From the human T2T-CHM13v2.0 reference genome, Homo sapiens, in assembly GCF_009914755.1 (NCBI RefSeq), contig NC_060925.1: a stretch of 64,000 nt of DNA; one strand, 5' to 3'. Position numbers and translations under genes: made by a program. Every line of letters starts with the position of its first letter. Within the stretch, counting starts at the first letter, position 1. The notes beneath the pieces are model-generated. The model saw only the letters and a program-made list of their open reading frames with translations, did not search any database and was not told the origin of the DNA. This document shows, piece after piece, positions 15,768 through 29,530 of this stretch.

Positions 15768-15849
15768 GATAAATTTAAATTCTGTAAAATCTTGTAATGT
15801 AAATCCTGAAAAACATTTTAATGTACATTTGGAATTAGTCACAGAATTA

Positions 15850-16625
15850 AAATCTATTCCTTAAATAAAAATAAGTTAAATAAGTTATTACTTAAAAATA
15901 AGTTAAATGGCCAAATGCTACAAAAATTAAACAATAAAATTATAAGTAGGTGTTTAATAAGTCAGAGGAGGGAAAATTTTCTAAGCATAAAAGCAGTAAA
16001 ACAGATCATAAATAAAATGTCTGTAACTTTGACTCCTGGTAAATTTAAAACTTTATATAGAAACAAATACACCAGAAAAAAAATATAAAAATATTTTCGA
16101 TAAATGTAAGATTGATCTCTCTCACACACACACATATATTCTTACAAGTAATTTAGAAAAGCACCAAATCTTGAATAGAAAGAGGGAGTAAGCATAATAG
16201 ATAATTCTCAGAAAAAAATACACATAGCCAAAAACATTAAAATAATCTATCTCACTAAAAATCAAGGAAGTTCATATTATGGTATCAACTACTATGATAT
16301 GATAGTAAGATACTATTATTTTCCTATCTAATGACTTATAGTGAAAAGAACAATACAAGGTTGGTGGGCATAAAATAAGACATATTCTCATACCCCAATA
16401 ATATGTGGGGACATAATTCAATGTAACATTTCTAAAAGGTAAATTTGGCAACATCTACATCCAAAATCTAGGAGTTCATATGCTTTGACCCAGATATTGT
16501 ACCTCTATGACGCCATTGTTAAATAATAATCAGCCATATGGAAAAGTATGTTCATGCACAGATGTTCCTCAAAGCATTTATAAAAATAAAAATTAGAAAG
16601 ACTAATGTTCAACAATAAATTATAC
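15850..16625 (+). mobile_element. Ancient L1M fragment
   Basis: A-rich, with aaaggtaaatttggcaacatc...tttgacccagatattgtacctct motifs typical of the old L1 ORF2 end. Confidence 0.6.
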
Positions 16626-16669
16626 TAAAACCCACTTCCTTTTTTCTGAAGAGTATTTAATGACTCAAG

Positions 16670-17185
16670 ATTCAAGTGCGGCTAGGGTGATCTTTTCAAC
16701 CAGTCCTAGCTGCCCATGTCACTCCTCTGGATAAAACCTTTCCAAAGGCTCAATCTGTTCATCAGAATAAAGTCCAATTCCTTGATGTGCATCAACCAAG
16801 ATCCTGCCTTGGTTTTCCTTCCATTCTCTTTGTGAATGGCTCTCCTGCTCCAACCCTAACCATCCTGTGCCTTCTCCAACTCAGGGCCTTTCTTGGAGCT
16901 GTTCCCTCTGCCTGCAACCCTCTTCTCTCCATTTAGATGCTGTTGATCCCTGCTCATATCCTGGATTCCAGGTTAGACATCATTTCCTGATGCTCACATA
17001 TCTAAAGTCTATGCCTCTTTTAAGTATACCCTCTGTATCTCCCTGATCTCAAATCTTCACCATTACCTTTGCTCCAGGACATAGGGAGTTGTGTGAGGGA
17101 AAACACATCTTGTTCATTCTTGTACACTTAACACCAAGTCAGTATACTTGTCAAAGAGTTGAAAGAACAAATGAATCAACAAATT
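16670..17185 (-). mobile_element. L2 fragment
   Basis: cagggcctttcttggagctgttccctctgcctg and a terminal tgaaagaacaaatgaat. Confidence 0.65.
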
Positions 17186-18169
17186 CGCTCAATGAAACAA
17201 AATTAAGTGATAAAAGGAGAATACCAAACTGGAAACATAGGCATTTAATAAACATGTGGCTGCACATAAAAAATAAACATATGAGGAAAAAAGTGTGTAA
17301 CAAAAGTATACAGGGTGATTAGCTGAGTGAGAGGATTATAGGTAATTTGTCCAGAGAACTTTTTCTACACTTCCTTATATTTTCCGAATATTTTAAGATA
17401 AACTTTACAAAATGCAAAACTCTAGCAAAAGAAGCTCAAGTGTCATTTTTTAAAAAGTGTATGCTGCCTCATTTTTAAATAATACTTGGACAACAAATAT
17501 CTATTGTATTTCTGTCACTACTGCAGTTATCCAAAAGCCAACACTGCAAAATAATCTGAAGGTAGTTTTTCAGAACTGCATGATATTTAAAAACTATATA
17601 TTGATTCAAATAGTTAACTCCTTAAAATAGCTTTTAAAAAATTCAACTGCATTCAAGTTTAATATTTAGACTGGCAGAAATTATTCTTTCCATTTCCAAA
17701 CTGTTAAGCAGAGTGAGTTCTGCTGGGTGTCATACACATGGCGTGTTTCAGTGCCAGTGTCTACAGTTGTTTGTTTCAGAACCTCTAATTAGCTGCCTTA
17801 TCTTCTGGTAGGGATTCTTCTGGTGCTAAGTTTTAATCACCCAAATTAATTGAAATACTGTAGCAATTTCAGATTAACATTTTCAAAATTAACAATGCAT
17901 AAAATAAAATCACCCATAAATCTGCTTGGTAACAGCAGCCACTAATGAACTCTGAAAATCAGACCAGATCCCACTGCTAATTTGCACAGAACTATACAGC
18001 TAGACCACAGGAAATAAGCTTTTCTCTGTCCAAAGCTTGACATAAGTAAAATATACAGAAGATGTCGAAGGATAAGGTCTCTAAAGCCAAATATGCTGCA
18101 ATTAAGTTTGGCACCCACCAAGTGCTGTGTGACCTTGGTTGAAGTACTTAACCTCTCAGAACTTTGGTT

Positions 18170-18699
18170 CCCTCTGCTGAAAAACCCCAATGATCCTTGC
18201 CTCCTGGTACTGACATACTTAATCCCCTTCCCTGAATGTGGGTAGCCAAAAGAATATGGCAAAGGTGATGGGATGTCACTTCTGTGATTATATTATACAT
18301 TTTAATGTCCACCTTGCAAGGAAACCCTATCACCTTCTTGGTTTGCATATTCTGATGAAGCAAGCATCCATGGTGAGTAGGTCCATGTAGTAAAGAACTG
18401 AAGACAGCTTCTGGCCAAGTGTTCCAGGTCATAAGGCCCTCAGTTCACAGTCCAAAAGGAATGGAATCCCGCGAAAAGCAGTGTAAGTGAGTTTGAAAGT
18501 GAACCCATCACCAGTTGAGCCTTCGGATGAGATCCAGCCCTGGCCGATATCTTAAGTGAAGTATTGTAAGAAACCCTGAAGCACAGAACCCAACTAAGCC
18601 ATGCCTAGATTTCTGATTCACAGAAACTGAGATAACACATGTGTGTCGTTTTAAGCTGCTAAATTCATGGTAAATTGTTACATAGCAATAGAAAATACA
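18170..18699 (+). mobile_element. MLT1 (MaLR) solo LTR
   Basis: Ends gttttaagctgctaaattcatggtaaattgttacatagcaatagaaaataca, a typical MLT1 3' end. Confidence 0.8.
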
Positions 18700-18734
18700 G
18701 GTATCTATATGTATCAATAACCACCACTATCATC

Positions 18735-18950
18735 ATAATCTTCAGAGCACTTAGTATGTGCTAAACTTGGTTGATACTTCATTATCTCATTTAATCTTCA
18801 TAATAATACTAGGAGATGGCTGCTACTATTACTTCCATTTTAGAGATGATAAGCAGGTTTATTTGCCTAAGACTATATAGCTAGTTAGTAGAGAGGCAGG
18901 ACACAAATCCAGATCTGTGCCACTGTAGAACCCTCAGTCTATACCACCAC
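18735..18950 (-). mobile_element. MIR
   Basis: attatctcatttaatcttcataataatact...ccattttagagatga. Confidence 0.7.
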
Positions 18951-19679
18951 ACAGGGCTACCGTTGGAGATTAAAAGTGCTATTATGCATGAATATGTTTA
19001 ATACAGATAAAATTTAAAAAGATCTCTCCTTCTCTTTCTTTCCTCATTACTCCTTTATTGCCGTGAAGCAGGTAGTGGCTTAAATTTAATGCCTTAAGAG
19101 CTGTATCATCTGGCTCTCCCACATTCTTACCCTGACCTTTCCTTTAAGGATGGCACCTTTCTTCAATTCTGTCCCCACAAAACATGCTGTGTTAGGTTCT
19201 GTTTCCTCAGTTCTCTAATCCGATAAACCAATCTATGCTAACATGTCAGTAGATAACAGTAGAAAAAAGGATGATCACTGTCTAAAAACAGTGAGGTACC
19301 ATGACAGGGCTACAAGAAGATCAAATATGTGGCAAGAAAATTAGTGTTTTCTTTTACCACTGCAAACAAAAAGCTTCCAGTTGGAATAAACCTTTGTTGG
19401 GAATCTCCAGTTCCTATTTTAGGTTCACTTCTCCACATCAACCATTTTGGATACCAGAGAACTATCAAACAGAGGATCCTACAAATGGAAAAAGGACAAG
19501 GTAGGAGAGGTGGAAAACCTAGGCACAGTATGCCCAAGGATGAAAACTGTCTGAAACTTGTTGCACACAATAATAGATGTACATTTTAATCTGCTAAAAC
19601 CAAGCCTCTCTTTCCTCTCTCTTATTCATTTGTAAACAGAATTATAGAAAAAAAATTCCATGTGGACAAGCTAGTTCAA

Positions 19680-20150
19680 TCCCACTTCCCACCTGAGAAG
19701 TGAGCACAGAAGCCAGGCTGGCCAATCAACAGAGCACTCTGGCTGCAGTGATTGCTTCAGAGAAGAGCACATGGTCTAGGCTAGGCCAATTAAAGCTCTC
19801 CTTGGGATTCTGCTGGATTTACTGAGAGAAAGATGTTCTATTTTCTCTGAATTAACCAGCTGTGGGGACAATGTACATGAAGAGCTGCTAACAGACAACT
19901 TTGCCTCCACATGAGAAAAACCTCTGTGAGGTGCATGTTGACAAGAAGCCAATAGAGGAGAAAGGAGAACTAAGACACAAAGAGAAACTGAACCCTAATG
20001 ATATCAGTTGGAGTCCCTGGATCCATCTCTGCCTGAAGCCAAAATGCTTTGGAATTCCAGTTACCTAAGTCAGAAAACTTTTTTTTTTCCTAAGCTAGTT
20101 TGAAATGGATTTTTGTCACTTGGTAATCAAAAGCATATTGGTTGGTATAT
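19680..20150 (+). mobile_element. Old MLT1 (J/K-like) LTR
   Basis: ccaggctggccaatc...gagtccctggatccatctctgcctgaagcc...ttttgtcacttggtaatcaaaag. Confidence 0.65.
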
Positions 20151-23100
20151 AATTGAACTGACCCAAACCTAGGAACAGACTGATAACTTCATTTAAACAT
20201 ATGTAGTTCTAGTAAATTTACCTTTACTGATGTCTGTTTTAGATATTTTGTTTCCTTGTCCTGTGTCCTTCAGTTTGCAAAAAATTCTCCCTCATCTGCC
20301 TTCACAGTCAACCAGATCATTCATAACCTATACGACACACTTTGGTAGTTCATCATGTACTCTACAATATTACTTTGACAAGTTATGTTTGTATGTCTTA
20401 ACTCTCCAGCAAAATTCCAAGTTCCTCAAAGGCAGAGGAACTTCCATGTTTCTAATACCTATATAGAAGAAAATGAATGAGCCTCAAAGGAAAAACGATC
20501 CATAAAAACAATTATAAGAACCAAACATAAGCTTTTATTTTCATTCAAATTAAAAATTTAGAAGTCAACTTGATTTGAATATGCTGAAAGATAACTAATT
20601 GCCAATATGAGTCATTTTGACAGAAATTCCACAAATAGCACTCCAGGGTTCTAATTAATTTGATAATAATCTTGCTATTTCTACATAGAACTGTAGTATA
20701 AATAAGATCATAAATTATATTAAGAATTACTTTATCAATGTCCTCTCCTGAAATCAATTGGATATCATTTGCATCAAATATTGTTATACAAAGTCAATAT
20801 GTTTTGACCCAGTTAGTTCCTTTCATTTAAGTTACTTCAGACCTAAGTGCTGAAAGAAAATCATCTGCCTCTCAGAGGTTGCTGGCCCATAAGAAATTAC
20901 TGACTTTTCTTTATCTACTTAGCATTACAATGGCATATCCTTCTTTTTCTGAAATGGAATGGTATTCAACCAGCATAACCATAGATATGGCAAAGGAAGT
21001 CCACTCCATATCTGACGTTCTAAGTAAGGAACAGTTTATTGATGATAAATGTTCCAAGTAGCTCACTAGGTTCATTACTTCTTTTTCAGGATTTTCTTCT
21101 AAATATTTAATAGATATATACTTTATCTTCTAAAACATAACTACTACAATAATAGAAATTGTTAGAAGTGCATAAATGGCCCAGAGTAGGTTCTAAATAT
21201 AATTCAAACATTCTGTTATTTCAGTAGTCATATTACTGATGTATATTTTCCATCTAAAAGCACCCCCATGCACATCTCCAGATATTCACCTCACCTTTGT
21301 TCTGATTCTGAAGGTGCCTGACCAGTATAAAAGACAGGCTTGGCAAGGCATGCACAGACCTGCCAGACAACAGAAGTAGTGATCCTTTGTGAACTCGGAA
21401 TGAGCCTTGAAGGGGAGAAATAAATCCTCCTCCAACCAAGAAAGATGCGAGCAAGAGGCTGTGGTGCTCATTTCAGAAATCTGTTATCACGGAAAAGGGA
21501 ATCAGAAAGGTAGTCCTGAAAATGACTACAAGAAGATCAACTGTCCTAGTGCAAAACTAGTCTTATTGTCCATGGTTTCATAGAAGCTTGAAAAAAAGTC
21601 GGCTATTTTAAAAACCAGAGCATGCTCCTCAGCATTTGTTCACAGCTTGGATTTCTCATTTCTCTGCAATGAATCTTAATCACTGGGTTTACTGTCCCAG
21701 TTTTTTCAAGTTCATTTCTTTCAATGTGAAATATATTTTTACACATTTACAATTATGCTCCCAATATTTAGATTAAGATTTATATTTGATGAGAAATTAG
21801 CTTTAGAGGTGATAGAAAAGACAGAAGCAGGTTTGACTGATTAATATGGAAATATTCTAATCTATAGAAACTTTACTATTTATTATAGACAAAAGCTCAT
21901 TTACTAAAACCTTCAGGAATATGCATTTGTCTCCCTCATAAAAAAGAAAAGAGATAAAATGTATTTTTAGATAAGTGCATTTGAAAACACTCTGTTGTTA
22001 TTTTTCTCAATGTTTTCTATTTGGAAACAAAAATATAAAATTTCTCTATTGAACATATTGACATTACATTTAAAAGCAAATCTAAAAGAAATCAACAATT
22101 CTGTTTAGACTTGGAATAAATTTCACAATCCTTTGAAATTAAAACACTAAGAACAATAGTATTAAATTGTAATTCAATACAATAAACCAGTATAAAAATT
22201 TTTATTTATATAAATGAAAACATTTATATGTAACCCAGCTTAAAAGCAATTTGAGACATTTGTGTTTCCCAATTTGTTTTGCTTTCTTGTATGTATTGTG
22301 TAATCCTAGATCTTTTTATATGTTTATTAAACAATTCACTAATTGTTTTTAAGACACTGCTATACGTAATAAATCTGCACAAAAATAGTATATAATATTT
22401 AAAAATTTTATATGTACATTTATATACATGCATTTATGCAATCAGAACTTTGTGTCTATATCTATTCCTTTCCTAGGAAGAATATAAATTCTTTGCGGAA
22501 AGGGGCCATGTTTTATAATTAATGACAATCCTGTGCTTAATGTCAGATAAGAAATGAAATTGGTAATGAAAGAAAGATTTCTTAGATTCCTTTCTTCATA
22601 CAATAACAAATGAGAATGGCGTTATATGTCAATCCTATCCACCTGAAAGAGGAAGTGACCATCTTTGAAGATGTCTCTGCTACAAAACAGTAAGACATCT
22701 CCTTGGTGAATAAGAAAAGACAGTTTTTCTAAGCCACATGCAACTCTTTGTAATCAAGAGTCTAACAATGAGCATCTGAGAAACAAGAGTTGTCAGAAAG
22801 GACTCTTATCAATTTAATCATTACCTATTCATTTATTATTCAAGGTTATCACAAAGCACAAGAATAACTTAAGATCAGAAAGAGTGTAAGCTATTTAAAC
22901 ATTTCCCATCTACTCCACATAATCTTTAGGCAGCACAACACAGAATGGTCGCCTGAAGTGTTTAAAAGCTAGTGACTGTAGGCTTAAATGCAGGATGCTA
23001 TGAGTTCCACAAATATAAGACAATTTTGCAATAATCTAAAAACATGGACCCAGTGAAAAGAATACATGCCCTGGTATACAGATTTGCCACATGCAAACTG

Positions 23101-23975
23101 AAATAAATCTTGTATCTCCTACACTGAGACAGAAGGAAATTTTTAAAGCTCAGTATTAAAATTTAATTGGTAACTTTGACCTTGAGTGACACTTTAGGTG
23201 AAAAATATTACATCAGTGCTCAGATTTTCTTGAGATTTATGATCTCATGTTCTTGAAAAAGGCCTAGCACCTCCGTGTTCCTGAAATAATTGATATGTCT
23301 GTTACAAGTGTTATTTTCCTGATACCAACATCTGTCTTAGGAAGAAAAGTACAAACTGATGAAAATTCCCTGCTATATTTAAGAAATTCAAAAGAGCTAC
23401 CAGAATTTGCATCTAATACATTACTATATTTATAAAAGCAGCCAAGATTATAAGTTGATACTTTTATTAGCACACAATAGAAGACAAGAAAAAATAAAGA
23501 GCAAAGCCATTTGCAAATATTGTCTATAAAGATTAATCACAATTATTAATAGGGAGTGAATGATTTAAATGTGCTAACAAGCTACAACACAAACCTACAG
23601 TTCACTCTTTCTTGGATTTGAATAAACCCCACAATATATGTTTTCAATATTGGGAGTTTTTCTTTGCTTCTTTATTGCAATAACAAACACTAATAATTTC
23701 ACCAAAAAAAAAACCTCTCAACTATCACAGTTGACTATGTTTATTGGTAAAGATAAGCAAAAGATCATGAAAGCCATTAGATTAAGGGGGAATAACAACA
23801 AATCTGAAAATGACTGTGATTATGTAGCTTCTTATTTCAACAGAAATTCAACATAAAATTCAGGGTCTATTTAATATTATTCTCCTTCACATGACAAAAA
23901 GTCCAATATTAAAGAACATGCTCTAATATAAATTAGTTGATATAGTAATTGCTATACTTAGCATTTACTATATAC

Positions 23976-24025
23976 TGGGCACCTTTGAGAGTACTTTACT
24001 TGGGCACCTTTGAGAGTACTTTACT
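23976..24025. repeat. Perfect 25-bp tandem duplication
   Basis: tgggcacctttgagagtactttact x2. Confidence 0.95.
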
Positions 24026-24029
24026 TGCT

Positions 24030-24187
24030 CTTTTGTTTCTTGAGATAAGGTCTTGCTCTGTCACCCAGGCTGGAATGTAGTGGTGCCATCACAGCTCACC
24101 ACAGTCCCAAGCTCCTGGCTTCAAGTGATCCTCCCACTTGGCCTCCCAAAGTTCTAGGATTACAGGAATGAGCCAACGCGCCTGGCC
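24030..24187 (-). mobile_element. Monomeric Alu (FRAM-like) inside a MIR (~23945-24385)
   Basis: Single ~157-bp arm ending gagccaacgcgcctggcc. The MIR continues with ttttacaaatgaggaaactatggcacagag. Confidence 0.8.
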
Positions 24188-25012
24188 TACATATATTAGC
24201 TCACGTAATGCTCACAACAACAACGTAAGGTAGGTCCTCTTATTCATTTCCTTTTACAAATGAGGAAACTATGGCACAGAGAGAGGAGGCAAACTGCCGA
24301 AGTTCAAACAGCAAGTAAACAGCTAAGGCCAGTCCCAAGCCCAGGCAACATGGCTCAGAGCCATGCTTCCCACCACTAGACTATGCTGTGTTTCATTAGC
24401 ATATCAGCAGGAGGAATTTAAAAAGAAAGAATGTCAATGCATACATAAAAACTGTATCATCACTTATTAATTCATGTAGCATTTATTAAGCACCTACTAC
24501 CCACTGGACTATGCATTAAGTTCCTTTCCAGTGCAAAAGGGCTATAGAGAATATATATAATATACCTTTGAACATGGCTCTGAAATTTGGACCTGGTGAA
24601 GTAGTTACACCCGGCCTCCTAAACTCTTTAATCAGTTGCTTTTATAAGCCACTTTAAGTGAGGCCCTGCAAAGTCATGTGTTGACACTTGGAGATGTTAA
24701 GTAAATTAACTGTAGGATAAAAAAAAATCAAAGGAACTTCCATGGTAGAAATACTAACAGCAAATAATGCATTGTGGAAGCAGTTTGTCTACGCAGACTC
24801 AACTTTACTGATCCCTTGTTTAAACATTTTGTCTGAAAATCTCTAAACAATAGCCACATGAGGATCAAGGCACGCTGGTCATCAAGCAAGGGTTAACTTT
24901 GAACAAAGAAGCTTTGCAACTAACCAGCAGAAAGAGGCAGAAATCCAAAAGTCAAGCAACTTTAAATACATAAGTCAAGCCTAAATCAAAAGACAGCTGT
25001 GGGAAGAAATAG

Positions 25013-25434
<422 letters not shown>

Positions 25435-26962
25435 ACGTATGTTCTTACAAACATAAATACAACAGCACTTCTCTTGTAAGTTTATTCTTCATGAAGTTCT
25501 AAAGTCTTTGGACAAATAGAAAAACAAAACAAAAAAACTGTACCTATACAAAGCCATCACCTTTAGGATAAAGGAGTATAAATCTGTTTTATTGTTGTTC
25601 TACTTTGCCATATTTCTAATCTGGGAATTTACTAATCTAAATAATGTAAGGGATTCTAGAAAATTTTGGCTATAAATGGTTGAGTCAAATATGTTCCTAT
25701 TGACATACTACAAATACAAAAATGCATTTCCCTGAGGGGAGAAGAAAGAAAAAATACATTAAAAAAATAACACTTATAAAGGTTAAGTAATTTTTCTGAA
25801 ACAGCAATACTATAACTCACACAAAATAAGACAAAAATATTATGTTCACAGTCATATACCCCTACTGAAAATAATAGAGAAAGTCACTTCTAAATATTAT
25901 TGCAGGGAGTCCTCTGCAAAGGATATAGTCTTGGGAAAGTCAGAACTATTAAAAAGTAAACCAGAACCCCCGTTTTTTTAATGGCTTCAAATTTGTTCTG
26001 TAGTTAAAAGATTTAAACTAGTCTCAGGACACAAGTGAGGCAATTTCTAGCCAGAGGCAACAAAGCTCCTATAAATCTTAAACAGCTCATAAACTGGCAA
26101 TGCTACCATGGGTGTGGTTTCAGTTATAAACTATAATGCTTTGAAAACTAAACTTTACAACTAGGTGAATACCACTTATGATAGGAAAACAAAATGAAAC
26201 ACATAGTCCAGATTATTTTCCAGCAAAGCTACTCTATTTCTCATGTTCCCCTTGGTTTATCATCAAGTTCGTGTATTTGGAATCCTTTAACTGTGAATAC
26301 CTTTTACACACAACAAAAGGATCACATACATAAAAAATCTTTGGTAATTAAACTGTGGAAAGAAGGCATTGCATAATGGATGAAAAATAATTATACTAAC
26401 ATAATGACAGGACAAATCTCACAATGCTAAATAGAAAACAACTGAACGTTTTCTGCAGACAAATAATTGGTCTCCGGAGAGGAAACTTGTCACAAAGTCC
26501 CCAAAAAACATGCTGCTATTATAAAATAGCATGGATATAGAATTAAGAAATTTTCTCTGATGGAGGGTGGGTACCAGTTGTCTGGTTTATGCTCTCCCCT
26601 ACTTACTTAGAAAACAGTGATTTTTAAGTGCCAGCTAGCTGGCTGGTTTTCTTACTAGATTTACAAAGGAACACAGGGAGGGTGCTGGATATGTGAGCAT
26701 TAACCAGGCACCCTGAGGCTGTTCAGTAAGCAAATAACCAGCTCAACTGCTGACTGTGGAAAGAGTGCAATGCTGGTAGTTGCTGGTAGTTACTCATGTG
26801 AATGATTTACACGTTAGACCATGACCTCCTGGTCACACATTATACACCAAATTATGAGGAACAAAGGCCAACAATATGCCTCACTTTCCACAGCAATTCC
26901 CATATCCTTTCATAAGCACTTAGCTGAAGCCATAATTATGGAAGGTTTAATCAGAAACACAC

Positions 26963-27008
26963 CTGGATCCACCTGTTTAGGAGTTCTTCGCAGTCCATTG
27001 GTCCGTTT
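26963..27008 (-). CDS. VAV3: VAV3 46-nt coding exon (probably exon 19)
   Basis: ttttactgcacag|AAA CGG ACC ... GAT CCA G|gtgtgt. KRTNGLRRTPKQVDP(G), phase 0 in and phase 1 out. Confidence 0.95.
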
Positions 27009-28330
27009 CTGTGCAGTAAAGTAAAACAAAGCAAAACAAATATGTGTTGGTAATTTTGCACTATTAAATTGTATTACTACTGGCACTTTGGAAAGCAAAT
27101 GAATGTTGCACATTTTCCAAGTCAAAGTATGACTAAATTTGATCAGAATATGGTTTTAAAGTTTGTTTTATTTGTTTTTCTAGTAAGTCTTCCACGTGTA
27201 TATCATTACACTTGATAAGTTGTTGGTACCTTATAACAGTAAGAAAAAAAATCTTTTTGGTTGCCAACTCCAAATATTGGGACTCAATTTGTTAAGTCAT
27301 AGTGACGATGGAGAGAACAAAGCCCAGCAGCCATCTTGGTTAGAATATGTTCCCAGCCAAGACATATGAGCAACAACAGCCTTAAACTGATCTCATAAAA
27401 CTCTAACTCAGCTATTTATGGGACCTCACAGACCAGACTGAAGAAGGTATACAACCTCAAAACAAAGATCTGAAGCTCTGATTTTAGCCAACACTTAAAT
27501 GAGAATAGTGTTTTAATTATAGACCAGTTGTATCTGAACACTTTAAAAAACAAAACAGACATGCAGCTTGTGAATCATAAAAATGAATTCTTATTATAGA
27601 AAATGAATCTGTAAGAAAACAACTTTGCATTACAAAAATTACAGATGAAACACAAAACAAGAGATTTTAAATCTATGAAAATGCATGGCTACATATTTTA
27701 TTTCTAAAGCATTAAACTCATTCCCACCTAACTACAGTAATCTCACTAATTAAGAAGGGCTTGATTTCACTTCTTTATTATGCAACTGGATGAAATGCTG
27801 AGTCTATGACTATCATACAATCTAGATTTTCACAAAAGCAATTTTCTTTTTATGTGTTGGGGTTTGTATCTGTGTGTGAAGACTTGGTTTCATTCAGAGC
27901 ACACTTGGCTGTGCTAAGCACACATTAGCCATGGATTTCTCTCAGGGTTCTTTCTGTTGTTTTCATTCACAAGTTAAATGGATGAAATGAGGTTTTTTTC
28001 CAGCCTTCCTAAGGGCCTCAAAGTCATATCCAGCAGACTTGCAGGGTTCTCAGGTGAAAGCAAATTGGAGAAATTTTTAAAATGTAATTTTGGTTTTTAC
28101 TCCAACTACTTTCAACATGGATTTGTAAAAGACTGCTAGGATCATTAAAATCAGCATTGAAGCTATGTTGAGCAAGATGGATAGCTGCACTAGAAAAGCT
28201 GTAACAAGAGTCATTGTGAATGAAAGGAAAATTTTGCTCTAGATTTGTTGGTAGCCAAGGCACAAAAATTGGAAGCATAATGAGTTACAGACTCATGTCT
28301 GATAATATGAAAGAACACTAATTTAAAGAA

Positions 28331-28474
28331 AAAATCTTTTCTGTCTGAAATTTTATAATTTAGAGGAACTCTATATAAACAACATCGAACAACACAATTG
28401 ACAGTATTTTCAACAGGAAATTATTTAATGATGGGCAACTTGCTATTTACTTGCTACATATCCCATCATCTTCT
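28331..28474 (+). repeat. 144-bp dispersed duplication, copy 1 (partner 31111-31254)
   Basis: Ungapped match with 7 mismatches counted by eye. Confidence 0.95.
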
Positions 28475-28689
28475 TAATGCACAATAGAAGCTGTCTTTCT
28501 ACTGATTTTATACCTGCTACTATCAAAGTACTAGGAAGGCAAAAAAAAATGAATTTAACTCTTTGGTTTGATTCCTAGAATGCCTAAATTAGTCCCATGT
28601 AGGAACTATAAACTTAAAATGTGAAAAGGGGACCCTGACTTCAAGAGCAACTCTGTGTTCTTACACCTTGAATTTAGAATTAAAATAGG

Positions 28690-28935
28690 CTACACATTGC
28701 AAGTATTAAGAGAATGGATTCTAGAATAATACTCCCTAAGTTCAAATTCAGTTTGAACACAAACAGTTAAATTTATATCTCTGTGCCTGTTTGTTCCTCT
28801 ATAAAATGGAGATAATACTAGCACTGACTTCATAGGTTTTGCAGTGAGAATTAAATGAGTTAATTTACCTTAAATGCTTGGAACAGTTACAGCCACATGG
28901 TAAGGATTATTAAGTGATAGATTATTAGCTTTTCG
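28690..28935 (+). mobile_element. MIR
   Basis: tctctgtgcctgtttgttcctctataaaatggagataata...gtgagaattaaatgagttaat. Confidence 0.75.
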
Positions 28936-29492
28936 TTATTTTAAATGTTTAAATTCACACAAAGTAATTCTTCTACTCTTTTGGTGCCTTACTACTTATA
29001 CTTTAGGTTCTTCCTCCTGAAAATCCACTGAAAGTCAGTCACTCTGAAAACAGAAACCTTTCTACAGGAAGGGTGTGCAGTGGAATAAACTATGAACTGG
29101 TGTATTTAAAAAATAACATCGGAGGAATTTTCACGCCCCTAAACCAACTGCATTTGGAGAGGCTAAGATTTTTTTATACTTTAAAAGAACCTAAAAAGTA
29201 TTTTATATTGAAAAACCTGGAGATGTTCAGCAGATCATATTTTGAACAATTTTAAAGTGCAAATTTCATTTGTCATTCTGTCATCTCTATGCGTATACTC
29301 CCCTCCCCAATCTATATTCTCAAAAGTCTAGGACGGAGCTGGACAGGCCCTTGTCCCCAGCAGGAAGAGAACGGAAAGGAGGAGAGGACACATCTAGTAG
29401 CCACCCCTGGAGCTCTCAGTTACAGCTTCACACCACCATGAGAATCAGTCTCCAGGACCTTCTCAGTCTCCTTTGATCTACCTAACAATGGT

Positions 29493-29530
29493 GGGCTGGT
29501 TGGGGGGGTGGGGGGGGGAGGGGGGGCAGG
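29493..29530 (+). other. G-run tract, potential G-quadruplex
   Basis: GGG ctggtt G7 t G9 a G7 cagg. Confidence 0.7.

Noticed and set aside
21295-21317. Possible 23-nt cryptic exon cag|GCACC...AAAG|gtgagg
   Set aside because: Weak pyrimidine tract, frameshifting, and no other support.
26910-27125. 71-aa ORF as a standalone gene
   Set aside because: It is a VAV3 exon plus flanking intron, and it starts at a non-ATG codon.
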